DNA of 64,000 bases from Squalus acanthias. Lineage: Eukaryota. Made by a program: the position numbers and the translations under genes. The notes under the pieces were generated by a model. That model was not told the DNA's origin, made no database searches, and saw only the letters and a list, made by a program, of their open reading frames with translations. The DNA is taken from positions 25,918,001 through 25,982,000 of the forward strand of contig CM059433.1 of assembly GCA_030390025.1 (NCBI GenBank), read 5' to 3'. Shown piece by piece: positions 1 through 13,099 of this stretch; position 1 is the first letter of the stretch, and the number at the start of each line of letters is the position of its first letter.

Positions 1-646
1 CCTGGCCAGCCTCCCATCCTCCAGCTTCCATAAATTTCAACTCACTCAAAGCTCTGCTGCCTTCATCCTATCCTACATTACAACAGTTCCATTTAGCTCT
101 TTTCCATTGAAATACAAGCCTGTTGCTGATATAGTAGGTGAACACTTAAAGAGTTCAGATGATGTTTCTTTGTCTATTACTTTAGCAGAGTTGCTAACCC
201 AAAGTAAAAACTTAACACCTGCGTTAAATAATGGGCAGAGAATTTCATAGGAACATGTTAAGAGTTTGTCCACTAATATGGGCAACAGTCATTTCGAGGC
301 TGTGTTATTTATTCTGATTTTTTTCCTCATATACACTTGCCACTGATTGCATCCCCCTCACCTGCCACTCTCTCAGGTTGAACCAGACTGCTTGCAACCT
401 CAGTGTCCCATTCAACCCAGATCTGAGCTTGTGACCCCATCTATCTCTGCATTACAAAGACCATCTACTTCCACCTCCACAATATCACCAGCCTCCACTG
501 CTACCTCAGCCTGTCTGCCACTGAAATCCTCATTCATGCCTTCCATATCTCCAGACTCAACTATTCCAATGCTCTCCTGGCTGGCCTTCCTTCCTTCAGC
601 TTCAATAAACTTCAACTCACTCAAAACTCTGCTGCCTTCATCCTAT

Positions 647-757
647 CCTACATTACAACAGTGACAACACTCCAAAAAGTACTTCATTGGCTGTAAAGCG
701 CTTTGGGACATCCTGAGGTCATGAAAGGCGCTATATAAATGCAAGTCTTTCTTTTTA
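647..757 (+). mobile_element. 3' end of DeuSINE (SacSINE1-like) inserted in L2
   Basis: Matches the 3' end of the copy at 8359-8772 (cctacattacaacagtga...aaaggcgctatataaatgcaagtc). Confidence 0.8.
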
Positions 758-890
758 TTCTGCCCTAAGTTCCACTCACCCATCATCTCTGTCCTTGCTG
801 ACCTACATTGGCTCCTGGTCCCCGGACACCTCCAATTTGAAATTTTCATCTCGTGTCTAATTCCCTTCATGGCCTTGCCCCTTCCTACCT

Positions 891-2165
891 AACATCTGTT
901 GTTGGAAAATTGCTAGAGTCTATAATTAAGGATAGGGTGACTGAACACCTCAAAAATTTTCAGTTGATCAGAGAGAGTCAGCATGGTGAAAGGTAGGTCA
1001 TGCCTGACAAACCTGATTGAATTTTTTGAAGAGGTGACTAAGGTAGTGGACAGGGGAATGTCTATGGATGTTACTTATATGGACTTCCCACGTAAGAGAC
1101 TGTTAACTAAGGTAGAAGCCCATGGAATTGGGGCAAATTATTGACCTGGTTAGGAAATTGGCTGAGCGGCAGGAGAGAGGCAGTAGGGTTAATGGGTAGG
1201 TACTCAAATTGGCAGGAGGTGACTAGTGGTGTCCCGCAGGGATCCTTGTTGGGCCCCAACTATTCACAGTACTGTATTTATTAACAACTTAGACGATGGC
1301 ATAGAAAGTCATATATCCAAATTTGCCGATGACATAAAGATAGGTGGAATTGTAGGCAGATTAAGTGAATGGGCAAAACTGTGACAAGTGGATTTCAGTG
1401 TAGGCAAATGTGAGGTCATCCAAATGGTGAAAAGCTAAAAACAGTGGCGGTCCAAAGAGACTTGGGGGTCCAGGTACATAAATCATTAAAATGTCATGAA
1501 CAGGTACAGAAAATAATCAAAAAGGCTAATGGGATGCTGGCCTTTATATCTAGAGGACTAGAATATAAAAGGTTTGAAGTTGTGCTGCAGCTGTACAAAA
1601 CCCTGGTTCGACCACACCTTTGTACAGTGAGCAGTTCTGGACACCATACCTTAGGAAGAATATATTGACCTCGGCAGGAGTGCAGCATAGATTTACTGGA
1701 ATGATACCCAGACTTCAAGGGTTAAGTTACGAGGAGAGATTACACAAATTTGGGTTGTATTCCCTAGAATTTAGAAGGTTAAGGGGTGATCTGATCGAAG
1801 TTTTCAAGATATTAAGGGGGAACTGATAGGGTAGATAGAGAGAAACTATTTCCGCTGGTTGGGGATTCTAGGACTAGGGGGCATAGTCTAAAAATTAGAG
1901 CCAGACCTTTCAGGAGTGAAATTAGGAAACACTTCTACACACAAAGGGTGGTAGGAGTTTGGAACTCTCTTCTGCAAACGGCAACTGATGCTAGGTCAAT
2001 TGTTAATTTTAAATCAGAGATTGATAGCTTTCTGTTAACCAAAGGTATTAAGGGATATGGGCCAAAAGCGGGTATATGGAGTTAGGTCGCAGATCAGCCA
2101 TGATTTCATTGAATGGCGGAACAGGCCTGAGGGGCTGAATTGCCTATTCCTGTTCCTATGTTCCT
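891..2165 (+). mobile_element. CR1 LINE, 5'-truncated and degenerate
   Basis: RT remnants (SGVPQGS, KFADD, QRDLGVQVH..., RGDLIEVFKI). Ends in 'attcctgttcctatgttcct'. 'ttcctacct' is repeated at 882-890 and 2161-2169 (TSD-like). Confidence 0.9.
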
Positions 2166-2359
2166 ACCTCTGCAACCCCGCCCCCAGCCCAACAACACCC
2201 CTGAATTCCACCCAACTGTGACCTCTTGTGCATTCTTCCCCTCCATTTGCCTCACCATTGGCATCCATGCCTTCAGCCATCTAGGCCCTGCACTCTGGAA
2301 TTCCCTTCCTAAACATCAACACTTCACCCCCTTTTGGACCCTCCTTAAAAACTCCACCT

Positions 2360-2842
2360 AATAAATAACAGCTAAACCTCAATTAAATTTAAAAAAAAAC
2401 CCATCACATTAATAAAATAAGTATAGTTAATTAAATTAACCATTTTAAATAAAAAATTTAATTTTTGAAATAATTTAAAATCTTTTAAAAAGTTATAAAA
2501 ATAAACTTACCTGTCTTTAAAGTCTCTAAAAAAGATATACCTGTTAAAAAAAATTCAAAAAAATACTTAATTCACTACTTACCTTCTTAAAAGTGGGTCT
2601 TACTCCTCCTTTTTACATTTCTAAAATCTTCCGTACTTACCTGCGCGTCCAAAGCATGAAGTGCACAGCGTGCGCGCAGCCTGTAGCGCGCACGCGATGC
2701 ACCGAGGAACCGCCCCCTTTTCAAAAGAGCAATTGCCGGTTTTCAGCGCATGCGCAGGGCATGCAGAAAACCGGCAATTGGAGTGGGAATACGCGAGAGT
2801 ACACAGTGCGTACTCTCGCGCACCGGGATCAATTTCTGGGCC
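2360..2842. mobile_element. Partial non-autonomous DNA transposon (Harbinger-type MITE)
   Basis: AT-rich core plus a GC/CpG-rich arm ending 'caatttctgggcc', similar to the TIRs of 5442-6099 and 16666-18572. Left TIR not found. Confidence 0.5.
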
Positions 2843-3089
2843 AATATATCTTCTTTGGCTCGGAATCTATTTCTGTCTGACTATGCTTTTGTGATGCTCC
2901 TTGGGACATGTTCAATGTTCAAGGCTATATGTAAATGTAAGTTGATGTTGCTGTTGTTGCTGCTGTTGCTGTTGTTACATTTGCCAGCCTGCTATTTTCC
3001 ACCCATTCACTTAAAAGGGGCAGAGAATCTCAGCTTGGAGTGTGCTGAAGCAGTATAAAATTTGATGTGGTGCAGCTTCATGTGCTCCA

Positions 3090-3400
3090 ACCGCCTTCCA
3101 GTGCCTCGCCCAAGTGATCATTATTCAAGTGTGAGCCTTGACAGTGAGTGTTGGTAGCTGCGTCTTCCACGGAGACATCACAGGGACCCCGATACCAGCC
3201 TCACTCAACATCAACACATACTCATATCCAATGGGACTTACTGAGTAGCAATTAGGAGTAAGAATGCGAGACAAATGCCCTCCCCCCCCCCCCCGCCTAA
3301 CCCAGGACACTGAGGTCTAGTTGAGATGCGCTAACTCAGCACAGACTGGGGATGGAAGCTGTAAGTGTCCTGGTGTGTATGACTCAGCTACTCACTGAAG
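3090..3400 (-). mobile_element. Old tRNA-derived SINE
   Basis: Similar to 12090-12395. The minus strand has a degenerate B-box region '...cttccatccccagtctgtgctgagttag'. Confidence 0.5.
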
Positions 3401-3423
3401 TACCAGGGGAGTTGGAAGTCTAC

Positions 3424-4316
3424 GGGGGAAAAATTCAGTTGGTTGCGCCTCCCGTTAGCACCTTAAGAGGGCGCTAATGGGGCGCAAAGCAACTAGCGCC
3501 CGGGCGCGGCGATGCTTGCGCCGCTCGTGAAATTAACTAGACATTTTGCGGCAGCGCTAAACAGTACCGCCACGATCTCCTGCGCCGGCAGATCGTGATG
3601 TCAGTTGAGTGCGCAACGCCTCGGTAGCACCCCGGAGCGGATATTGAGTGGCGCCCCCTGCCTTACCGCCTGCCGCTAGCAACGACAGGTTGAGGGGAGC
3701 GTTTTGCAGTCAGGAAGGGACTGGGGGAGCGCTATTTAAAGGCGACCGCTTCCTGCCTTTTTTTGTTGGCGACATTTTTGAACCACGCATTCTGAGAGAG
3801 AGAGAGAGAGACTTCTGGAGAGATTCAACGCTGTGTGAAGGAGTTTTGGGTACCGAGCAGCACTTTGCAGGTTCATTTTGATTTGCTCTTCCTTGTATCG
3901 ATTTAGAAGAGACTGTGGGGGCTGCACTCTAAGCTCTTTCCCTGGGCCTCTCCATTGTTCTTTCCAGCAGATTTGATGTACAGGTCTCTCCAGGCCGAGA
4001 TTCAAGGCTACAATGAGCAGGATGTGGATGGAAAGCAAGATCAACCCTCCCCTTTAAGAACTGGCCGGGGCCATTGTGTCTGTGTTCCATTGCTGACTGA
4101 CATCACATGAGCTTCGCCAGCGCTCTGAGTTAGCGCCTCGCTCCTCGGCCTTTGCGCCTTAAGACAGATGTGTAGCGCCTGATTTAGCGCTCCAATCACC
4201 TCCAGGGGCGATAAAAGTCAAGTTTGCAGTCGGAGGCGATAATTAGCGCCAGACGCTAATCTTTGCGCCCGGCCGATAATTGCGCCCCAAACGGGGCGAT
4301 ACTGAATTTTTCCCCC
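3424..4316. mobile_element. Harbinger-type MITE
   Basis: Perfect 16-bp TIR GGGGGAAAAATTCAGT (3424-3439) / ACTGAATTTTTCCCCC (4301-4316). Flanks are TAC/TAT. The subterminal sequence is shared with 54965-55700. Confidence 0.8.
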
Positions 4317-4777
4317 TATATCCTAGTTAAGCATTTGATATAGACTGGCTGGTCTCCATCTTTCCTCTGTCCTGATGTTCTCTAATCAGCAATGTCACTC
4401 TTTGGAGAGTTCCTAGATTTTGTTATTCAGTGTACCTTCAAGTTTATTTGACATGTTTGCAGCCGTAGAAGAAATGAACCCTGAACCATGCCCAGTTTCT
4501 GGGCCCTAAGATTATAATAACTGTGTCTTCATTACTTGTTCTCAATAAAGAACTTCTTAATTTAATAATTTTAAACAGCCCCTGTGAATAATGGTGACTG
4601 AATCAGTCAAATTCCATTGTCTATTACTTTGGGAATTACATTTCATGATTGCATCCGTTTATAATTAGGGTGATTAGCTTCCAACGGCTGAATAAGTAAA
4701 ATTCTGTTTTTATTACATGGGATCATGGGATTTACCAGGACTTTAATAGGAATTCTGCGAGTCTGTCCATTTTTCTA

Positions 4778-4875
4778 TGAACATCATAAGAACATAAGAA
4801 ATAAGAGCAGGAGTAGGCCACTCGGCACTTAGAGCCTGCTCTGCCATTCAAAAAGATCATGGCTGATCATCTATC
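4778..4875 (-). mobile_element. CR1 3' tail fragment
   Basis: 'cataagaacataagaaataagagcaggagtaggcc...' is the reverse complement of the CR1 3' UTR and octamer tail. Confidence 0.7.
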
Positions 4876-5309
4876 TTAGCTTAAATCAGTGGCCTCGATT
4901 TATATCTCTTCCCGAATCATTTTGTCGGAGAAAAAATTGAGCCTGGAGACTGCTGTTGGTGATATCAGTGAATGAATGCTTAACCCCTTTATAACGTTCC
5001 TCCATCTGTTATTTTGGTGGGGGTGATAATCAGAATAAGCGGGATATCGGTTGCAATAAGCTCGCATGCATGCATTAAACGTTGTCCACTGACATTAACA
5101 GCAGTAATTTCTAAGCTATTGTCCTATATCTGGACTTCTCCATAGTAATTTCGGACTAAGTAAGCCTCAGATATCGAACTGGGCACAATACTGTTGAGCA
5201 TTGTCTTTCCAATGCTCTATTGGAATTACAGTACTGCCTCCAGAGGGAGCAATGTAATATAAACGAGCAGCGTTAATGGCTCTGCAGGTAGCAATCTCAT
5301 GTACATTTA

Positions 5310-6690
5310 TTAGTACAATTTTAAAAGGGGGTGCAGGAACAGAGGGACCTGGGGGTTTCACATACACAAATCTTTGAAGGACAAGTTGATAAGGCTGTTA
5401 AAAAAGCATACACGATCATTGGCTTTAAAAATAGAGGCATAGGCCCAGATATTCCGATCGCAGGCCTCCCACGGACGGAGGGCTGCGATCTGGAAAAATC
5501 TGCGCTTGGACCGGAGGGCTCCCGGGAGGCGCAGAGTTCTGCTGCTGGGCCTCTCCAAACTGCCGGTGCGCAGGGCCCACGTATCCCAGAGGCGCAGGCG
5601 GTTCGCAGCGTCCTTGGGATCACGTGGGCCATAGGGAGCCAATCAGAGAAGGGAATCTCCCTTCAGAGATCACCCCCAAAACATAGTAAAACTTTAAATA
5701 AATGAAAAAAAAAAATCAAATTTTTAAAATGACTTTAAATTACAATAAACTAAGTATTTTAAACAAAAATTTTATATTTTGAAAAAAATAATTAAAGTTT
5801 TTAACGGGGCTAAAAATAAACTTACCTTTCTTTAAAGTATTTTTAAAAGATAAATCAGTGGAAATTTTTTTTAAAAACTTTTTTTCAACTCTTATCCTGG
5901 TAAAAGCAGGCGTTACCAGGCGCAAGAATTGTAAGTGTTTTCTGCGGGCGGAAGGTCTCCAAAAAGCGGAACTATCCGCCCGCAGAGGCCCTGCTCCTGG
6001 GCAGCCGGAGGATCTGTCAAGAGCTTTCTTGACAGATCGGAAATGCTGGATTCCAGCGCATGCGCAGTGCACACCCGTAGGGATTGGAATTTCTGCACCA
6101 AAGAATATAACAGCAAGGAAGTTATGCTAAACCTTTATAAAACACTGGTTCAGCCTCAGCTGGAGTATTGTGTCCAATTCTGGGCACCACACTTTAAGAA
6201 GGATGTGAAGGCCTTTGAGAGGGTGCAGAGGAGATTTACTACCAGGGATGAGGGACTTCAGTTATGTGAAGAGACTGGAGAAGCTGGGATTGCTCTCCTT
6301 AAAGCAGAGAAGTTTATGGGAAGATTTAATAGAGGTGTTGAAAATTATGAAGAGTAGATAGGGAGAAACTATTTCCACTGGCAGGAGGGTCAGTATCCAG
6401 AGGACACAGATTTAAAATAATTGGCAAAAGAGCCAGGGGGAGATGAGACGATATTGTTTTCACGCAGCGAGTTGTTATGATCTGGAATGCATTGCCTGAA
6501 AGGGTGCTGGATGCAGATTCAATAGTAACTTTCAAAAAGCAATGGGGGGTATATATTTGAAAAGGAGAAATTTGCAGGGCTATGGGGAAAGAGCAGGGGA
6601 GTGGGACTATTTGGAGAGCTCTTTCAAAGAGCCGGCACAGGCACGATGGGCCGAATGGCTTCCTTCTGTGCTATAAGATTCTATGATATG
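5310..6690 (+). mobile_element. CR1 LINE 3' fragment, interrupted by a MITE
   Basis: QEQRDLGV...GFKNRGI before 5441 continues as EYNSKEVMLNLYKTLVQPQLEYCVQFWAPH after 6100. The 3' UTR ends in 'ttctatgatatga'. Confidence 0.85.
5442..6099. mobile_element. Harbinger-type MITE inserted in CR1
   Basis: Imperfect TIRs 'ggcccagatattccgatc' / 'gattggaatttctgcacc', GC-rich arms and an AT-rich centre. CR1 sequence is colinear on both sides. Confidence 0.7.
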
Positions 6691-6969
6691 AAGCAAGGCT
6701 AATGCAGAGGTGGGAGGTGCGAGGGAGACGCTCGCCGTAACTCACTAACGGGTGCAATATGTATTTTCCCCATTGGTGGCGCTGTTGCCTTCCCCTCAGC
6801 ACTCATGGCAGATTCTGGACTCTGCTCTTTTCAAAACTCAGGCATCCCCTGCACACAGTTCCAGTTTACAGGCATTTTCATGTGTTTAGTTCAGTTAAAA
6901 CTAAGAATACTTTTCCCTCTGGTCTGTACCTCTGTGCAGCATAAATTTATTTTTGAAACTGCCCCTGGA

Positions 6970-7361
6970 GTAGATAGACAGATAGACAGACAGATAGACA
7001 ATCAGACAGATAGATAGACAGACAGATAGCAAGATAGATAGACAGATAGACAGACAACCAGACAGACAGGTAGACAGACAGGTAGACAGACAGACAGACA
7101 GATAGATAGACAGACAGATAGAGAAATAGACAGACAGGTAGACAGACAGACAGACAGACAGGTAGACAGACAGGTAGACAGACAGACAGACAGATAGATA
7201 GACAGACAGATAGAGAAATAGACAGACAGGTAGACAGACAGACAGATAGATAGACAAACAGGTAGACAGACAGACAGATGGATAGACAGATGGATAGACA
7301 GATGGATAGACAGATAGAGAGATAGACAGAGAGATAGACAGACAGGTAGACAGACAGACAG
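6970..7361 (+). repeat. Compound (GACA)n/(GATA)n microsatellite
   Basis: Directly visible tetranucleotide repeats with GGTA/GAAA variants. Confidence 0.95.
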
Positions 7362-8358
7362 AAGCCAGTCGGTGCCCTCCAACTCTGCTTCAAAAATCTG
7401 TTAAAAGGTTCTCTGCCCAGTGATCTGCAGCTTTGTGGCACTTTGTGGAGGGGAGGGGGCAGTTAAAATGGAGCAAGGGACTTACCCACTCTTTGCCTAC
7501 CCCCATCTGGCTGACAGTGGGGTCCACTTCAAACATGCTATTTTAATCAGAGGCCTGAGCGACAGAGCAGTGATGACTTCCCCGTCAGGCCAAACCTGTC
7601 GGAAACTGGATCCAGGGATAGAAGAAGGCAGGGCAAGGTAAGTTTTTAAATTTTGTCTCAGTTTTCTTGGGGCCTGGAGGAACAGGCGTGCTTCTCTAGA
7701 CCCCACAAGAAAAGGCTGGAGCCCCCCCACTCCCCTCCCCTGACTTGGATTCCCATTCCTCAAACACTTACCTTGTGCCGGGGACCGTTCCAGTGGGTTC
7801 CTGCCCCTGCCGCCTGATTTTAATTGCTGAGCAGCTGGTCGGGAAATTGGCAAGCAGCATATTAATGAGGCCTGGCCCTTTAAAACGGCCGAGCTTCATT
7901 GCTCCTGCCTGGGAGTTAAAATCGGAGCCGAAGTGCCACCAGTGGGTATAATCAGTAACTGGTAATAATAAGCTGGACACATCTGGTCGCCATTTTGATC
8001 TGGCAATCGGTTCAGCTCCTGAGAGCTCGGCCCCAGCTTGCCTGTACAGAGCTTCCCTCAACAGCAGCGCATGTCCACAACAAGAAACTTCAGAGTACAG
8101 TTGTGACTTCTGATCACTGACCCATCCTCTGAACCCACTCTGTAATATAAACAAAGCAACGTCATAGTGCCAGCTGCCTCTGGCAGTAGTTCTACCAGAT
8201 AAACATTATTCTCTTGAATATTGGCCTATGAATCACTTTAAACACCCTTACTTCCTGTTTGCTTTGTAAATATTTTCAACAATTGGTTAAGTGCCACGGT
8301 CAAATTTTCCTCTTGTTTCACAATTGAATTACTTATTAAACTCCTTTAACTATAAATG

Positions 8359-8772
8359 TTAGCAGTGGCTCAGCGGGTAGCCCTCTCACCTCCGAGTCAG
8401 AAGGTTGTGGGTTCAAGCCCGCACTCCAGTGCAGCACTGACGGAGTGCTGCACTGTCAGAGGTGCCGTCTTTTGGATGAGATGTTAAACCTGATCTCTCA
8501 GGTTGACGTAAAAGATCCCATGGCACTATTTTGAAGAAGAGCTGGGGAGTTATACCCGGTGTCCTGGCCAATGTTTATCCCTCCATCAACATAACAAAAA
8601 CAGATTATCTGGTCATTATCCCATTGCTGTTTGTGGGAGCTTGCTGTGCGCAAATTGGCTGCCGCGTTCCCTACATTACAACAGTGACTACACTTCAAAA
8701 AGTGCTTCATCGGCTGTAAAGTGCTTTGGGACGTCCTGAGGTCGTGAAAGGCGCTATATAAATGCAAGTCTT
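8359..8772 (+). mobile_element. DeuSINE (SacSINE1/AmnSINE-like), near full length
   Basis: tRNA head with A-box 'tggctcagcgg' and B-box 'ggttcaagccc'. Central domain 'aaagatcccatggcactattttgaagaagag'. L2-like tail 'aaaggcgctatataaatgcaagtc'. Confidence 0.85.
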
Positions 8773-10039
8773 TCGATATGCGCGGTTTTCTAAAATTGCA
8801 ATTTGCCACCCACCTGTTTAAATGCTCAGTCTCTGTAAACCCATTTTAAAGATATGAACCTAGAGAGTAACTGTTGGTGATATTAGCAGATGAGCTTTTA
8901 ATGTGTTCGTATGGCATTCCCCTCTCGGCTGTTTCAACACGGCAGTTAATCTATTGAAATAAACCAGTTAACACCTCTTAAAATAACAGGCATCTGAGCC
9001 CATTATGTGATTGTCTGTTATTATCACCAACAGGTTAAAGAAAGCTGTTGAATTATTTTGTTATCATGTACAAGGTATTAATGGTGCTAAAAAAATCTGC
9101 AGAACAAGGCAGAGTCGATAAGAACAGGAACTGAATGAAGCTGATCAAAGCCACCAGATCATTCAACCAAAATATATTTTCCAGTTCAATGGTGCATAAG
9201 CTTTATAGAAAAGTACAGGCAATCAAAAAAGCCCCAAGTTCAGACTGCAATACCATTACTGAGAATCAGCCTGGACTGATTCCCATTAGACTCCATTAGC
9301 CGACATCACCACCCACATCCAAAAATTGCTTGTTTTTGTTTGCTGAATCCATTCAATTTTTGTTGTTTCTTCACCTTCTTCAATTTCATCGTGATGTTGC
9401 TGGCCAATCTGTCAATGTTTTCTTATCTTTCTATGCCGCCTCACTGATTCAGTACTTTTACCATAGTCTCTGCTTAATGCGGGGGATTTGTGATCAGACT
9501 TTTTTTTGAATGCCTGCACTTTCCTATAAAAATGCAAATGCAGAAATGCCAAGAATTAGACAGGAACAGTGAAACTGTCCATACCTTTGTGTTATGCACT
9601 CACATATGCGCAAGAAAAATATCACAAACATTTTAATTATTTTACAGGCCATGTCTGCACTGCCCTTAGCCTCAGTTTTGTATCATCACAAAGTTTCACT
9701 TTTTTATCTTTTATATTTCTGTCCCTTTTGTTTCTCTCTTGGAGGCTTTCTCTCCCCTCTTGTCCCCTTTCTCTGGATCATAGCTCTGAGGTTTCTCCCT
9801 ATTTTTCTCTGTGATGTTTCTTCTGTCCTGTTTCAGCGACAGACGGCAAGCTCAGAAACTCTGGCAGTGCCATGCCTGCTCGTAAAGTGCGGTGAGGACA
9901 AAATTGCGACCTGACGCTTTGTTTTGCTGTGTCCCAATCCTAAATCCTGTTGATGGGGGTGGGGGGTGGGATGGTGGTGCCCAAGCCGTTAGCAACACAA
10001 CATGGTGCACCCACCCAACAGAGGAGGTGAAATCTATTG

Positions 10040-10750
10040 AAGAGACTTGGGGGTCCAGGTACATAGATCATTAAAATGTCATGAACAGGTACAGAAAATA
10101 ATCAAAAAGGCTAATGGGATGCTGGCCTTTATATCTAGAGGACTAGAATATAAAAGGGTTGAAGTTATGCTGCAGCTATACAAAGCCCTGGTTAGACCAC
10201 ACCTGGAGTACTGTGAGCAGTTCTGGGCACCACACCTTAGGAAGGATATATTGGCCTTGAAGGGAGTGCAGTGTAGGTTTATCAAAATGATACCCGGACT
10301 CCGAGGGTTGAATTAGGAGGAGAGATTACACAAACTAGGCTTGTATTCCTGGAATTTAGGAGGTTAAGGGGAGATTTGATCAAAGTTTTCAAGATATTAA
10401 GGGGAACAGATAGGGTTGATAGAGAGAAACTATTTCCGCTGGTTGGGGAGTCTAGGACTAGGGGGAATAGTCTAAAAATTAGAGCCAGACCTTTCAGGAG
10501 TGAAATTAGGAAACACTTCTACACACAAAGGGTGGTAGAAGTTTGGAACTCTCTACTGCAAATGACAATTGATGCTAGATCAATTGTTAATTTTAAATCA
10601 GAGATTGATAGCTTTCTGTTAACCAAAGGTATTAAGGAATATGGGCCAAAGGCGGGTATATGGAGTTAGGCCACAGATCAGCCATGATCTCATTGAATGG
10701 CGAAACAGGCTCGAGGGTCTGAATGGCCTACTCCTGTTCCTATGTTCCTA
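10040..10750 (+). mobile_element. CR1 LINE 3' fragment (same subfamily as 891-2165)
   Basis: ORF remnants (VRPHLEYCEQFWAPHLRKD; FYTQRVVEVWNSL) and tail 'cctgttcctatgttccta'. Confidence 0.9.
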
Positions 10751-12089
10751 TCTCAGAGTGGCACTCGACTGCTGCAAGAGATTCCTGGGGTACTCCAGGC
10801 ATATCATGCATCAACTCGCACTATTCTGTTGCCTGATGAATTTGAACAATGCAGGTGTTATTTTAAAAATCCTTTCCTTGTACCAAATGAAGAAACACTC
10901 GGTATGTGTCTCCTCACCATCAAATTTCATACTCTTTTATATCAAGCCCTCTTGGTTGCTATGAGTTTCATTGTGAACTTGTTGTGATGTGGATTTGAGC
11001 TACTTCATGTCCTGAGAAAGTTGTTGTGAAATCATTTCTTATTGGCTCATAATGAATGTAATGTTTTTGTTCTGTAAATGTCTCATAACAAAACAATATA
11101 AAGGAGAAAACGCCATCTGCAGTGTGTTACAAGGGAGTAAAACATTGAAGGTTTCAGCTGATATCATAAACTGATGCAATTTATTAGTGTCCACAAACTC
11201 CAGAGTGCAATCCTGTATAATTTACAGAAAACATTACTTCGCATTTTCTGTTATGTGATTTTGCTGATCTGTGATATTATACCACATATTGGGATTAATT
11301 TTACTGACTGAGGCAGGGGATGTCACACTTTCTATTATTATATTGGCGACACAAGTCCATCACGCTATGCCTATGCTAATAAAACAATTGACCAGCCAGA
11401 TCGAGTGACTCATAGAGGACATGATTTCATCAAAACGTATTCATTTTATTAGTTATTAGTTCTGTGTGCTGTCTGCCCACTGGTGGGTATAGGGTTATTA
11501 TGGCGATAATTGTATAATGTGTGATTTCTTTGATACAAATGTAAGAAATCGTGAATTGGAAAAAATAACTTGAGACAAAAAAAGTCTCTTCAGACTGGTG
11601 TTAGAATAACTGGATAGACGCTTAGAATTTGCTGATGTTCTTGGTTCCCTGTGGATGTTATAGCATTCTGCACCGTGGCGGTGACCTTGTTTCCAGACTA
11701 GCTGTCTGCTGTTTGTGTGCTAGAAAGGTTGTTGACTGTATCTTTGATAATCTACCCTAGGCTCACCCCTAAAAAGAGAGTAAAAGAGATATCAAAAGAG
11801 CTTTTAGCACAGACGGTGAAGGGAAGGGAAGAGCTGTTCGCGCACGCCAGCCGTCTGGCCGATCGGGACCGATACCAGCTGCTTGTCACGGTCGTATGTC
11901 TATCTTGATTGCGTGTTGTACTTAACTTAAACTGCTGCTCCTTAATAAAATGCCTTACAACTCCTAAGACCCTTTGGGTAATCTGTATGTGACCTGTGAT
12001 CCAAATCTTACACAAATTTGAAAAAAGCTTTGCTTCTCCCCTCCAATCCTCTCCTGAAAGTGGTAACTCAGTTGGATTTCCAGTCACCT

Positions 12090-12395
12090 GCTGCCCACTA
12101 GTACCTGCTCCAAATACCCATTCTTCATCTGTGAGCCCAAGCAGGGAGTGCGGCCAGGGTATTCAGCAGTAGGCACTATCACAGTAACGCTCAATCCTAC
12201 CCACACTGGACACCCACACCCACATGCGTTCTAGCTGGGATCACTGGGTGTGATCAGAGTCAAGTGGCTGATTTTTTTCCACCCACTTAGCCATGGGACA
12301 TTGTAGTGCTTCCTCCTTTTGCCCAATTGAGAGCAGCTAATACAGCCCAGGCTACAAAATGAACCTACTACCTGGTCTGCATAGCTCAGGACCAT
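12090..12395 (-). mobile_element. Old tRNA-derived SINE, degenerate
   Basis: Colinear similarity to 3090-3400. Confidence 0.4.
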
Positions 12396-12409
12396 TGAAC
12401 CATGAGGGT

Positions 12410-12665
12410 AGACTATTAATGGTGACAGTTCAAATTGAAGTCTGAAAATTAACTGGTTCATTAAAGTCCTTTAGGGAAGGAAACATGTCGTCCTTACCCG
12501 GTCTGGCCTATATGTGACTCCAGCCCCACACCAACTTGGTTGACACTTAACCGACCTCTGAAGTGACCATTCAGTTGTATCACCATCTTTTCAGGGCAAC
12601 TAGGGATGGACAATAAATGCCAGCCTTGCCAGCGACAACCACGTCGCAAGAATTTAAAAAAAAAT
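12410..12665 (+). mobile_element. SINE 3' portion with AATAAA and A-rich tail
   Basis: 'gtcctttagggaaggaa...cagggcaactagggatggacaataaatgccagccttgccagcgac...aaaaa' is recognisable as an abundant shark SINE body. Family name not assigned. Confidence 0.55.
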
Positions 12666-13099
12666 TACTAACACAATATTACCAATCCACATATTGTTAT
12701 AAGCAGTGTGGGAAAAATCAGATGCGATGTGTTTTCTCATGGGCTAAACCAGGAATGTTCACTAACCTTTCTGTTGATAAGCACAATTCCACCCAACTAA
12801 TGTCATGCTCACTCAGAAGAATGCTTGTAATGCTCTGCAGCCTTTCACACAGTGACCTGATTTCAGCCATTCCCTGTGGGTGGTTGCACAATGTTAGGTA
12901 GCACTTCCCCACAGGAAGAGAAATAAAAACTAAAGGATCAATATTTCTAGCAATCTTTTAATCATGTCCTTTTACCATTGGATATGGTATCTTTCATACA
13001 TTGGTATGAGAGATGGGCTAACCTTACCTCTTAATGGAAGTTCCTTGTCTTCTTTAGCTGGTAAGCGGCGGGACTGTAAGGATACAAGGTGCACGTATC

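Larger units (their letters stand above)
347..2975 (+). mobile_element. Degenerate L2 LINE 3' part, split into pieces (about 347-650, 760-890, 2166-2360, 2850-2975) by younger insertions
   Basis: The pieces resemble, in colinear order, the reverse complement of the L2 copy at 56290-57880 (e.g. 'gctgacctacattggctcc', 'ctctggaattccct'). The last piece ends in an L2-type tail 'ggctatatgtaaatgtaagttgatgttg(ctgttg)n'. Confidence 0.7.

Noticed and set aside
6901..7441. Long minus-strand ORFs (LSVCLSIY repeats)
   Set aside because: These are translations of the GACA/GATA microsatellite.
10775..10987. 'ag|ATTCCTGGG' (IPG) as candidate HCRTR2 exon start
   Set aside because: The downstream translation has no similarity to the ICL3/TM6 region (no RARRKTARML) and there is no polypyrimidine tract.
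11810..11915. Short CpG-rich unique segment as possible exon or enhancer
   Set aside because: No recognisable protein similarity or splice pair. Conservation cannot be assessed without alignments.
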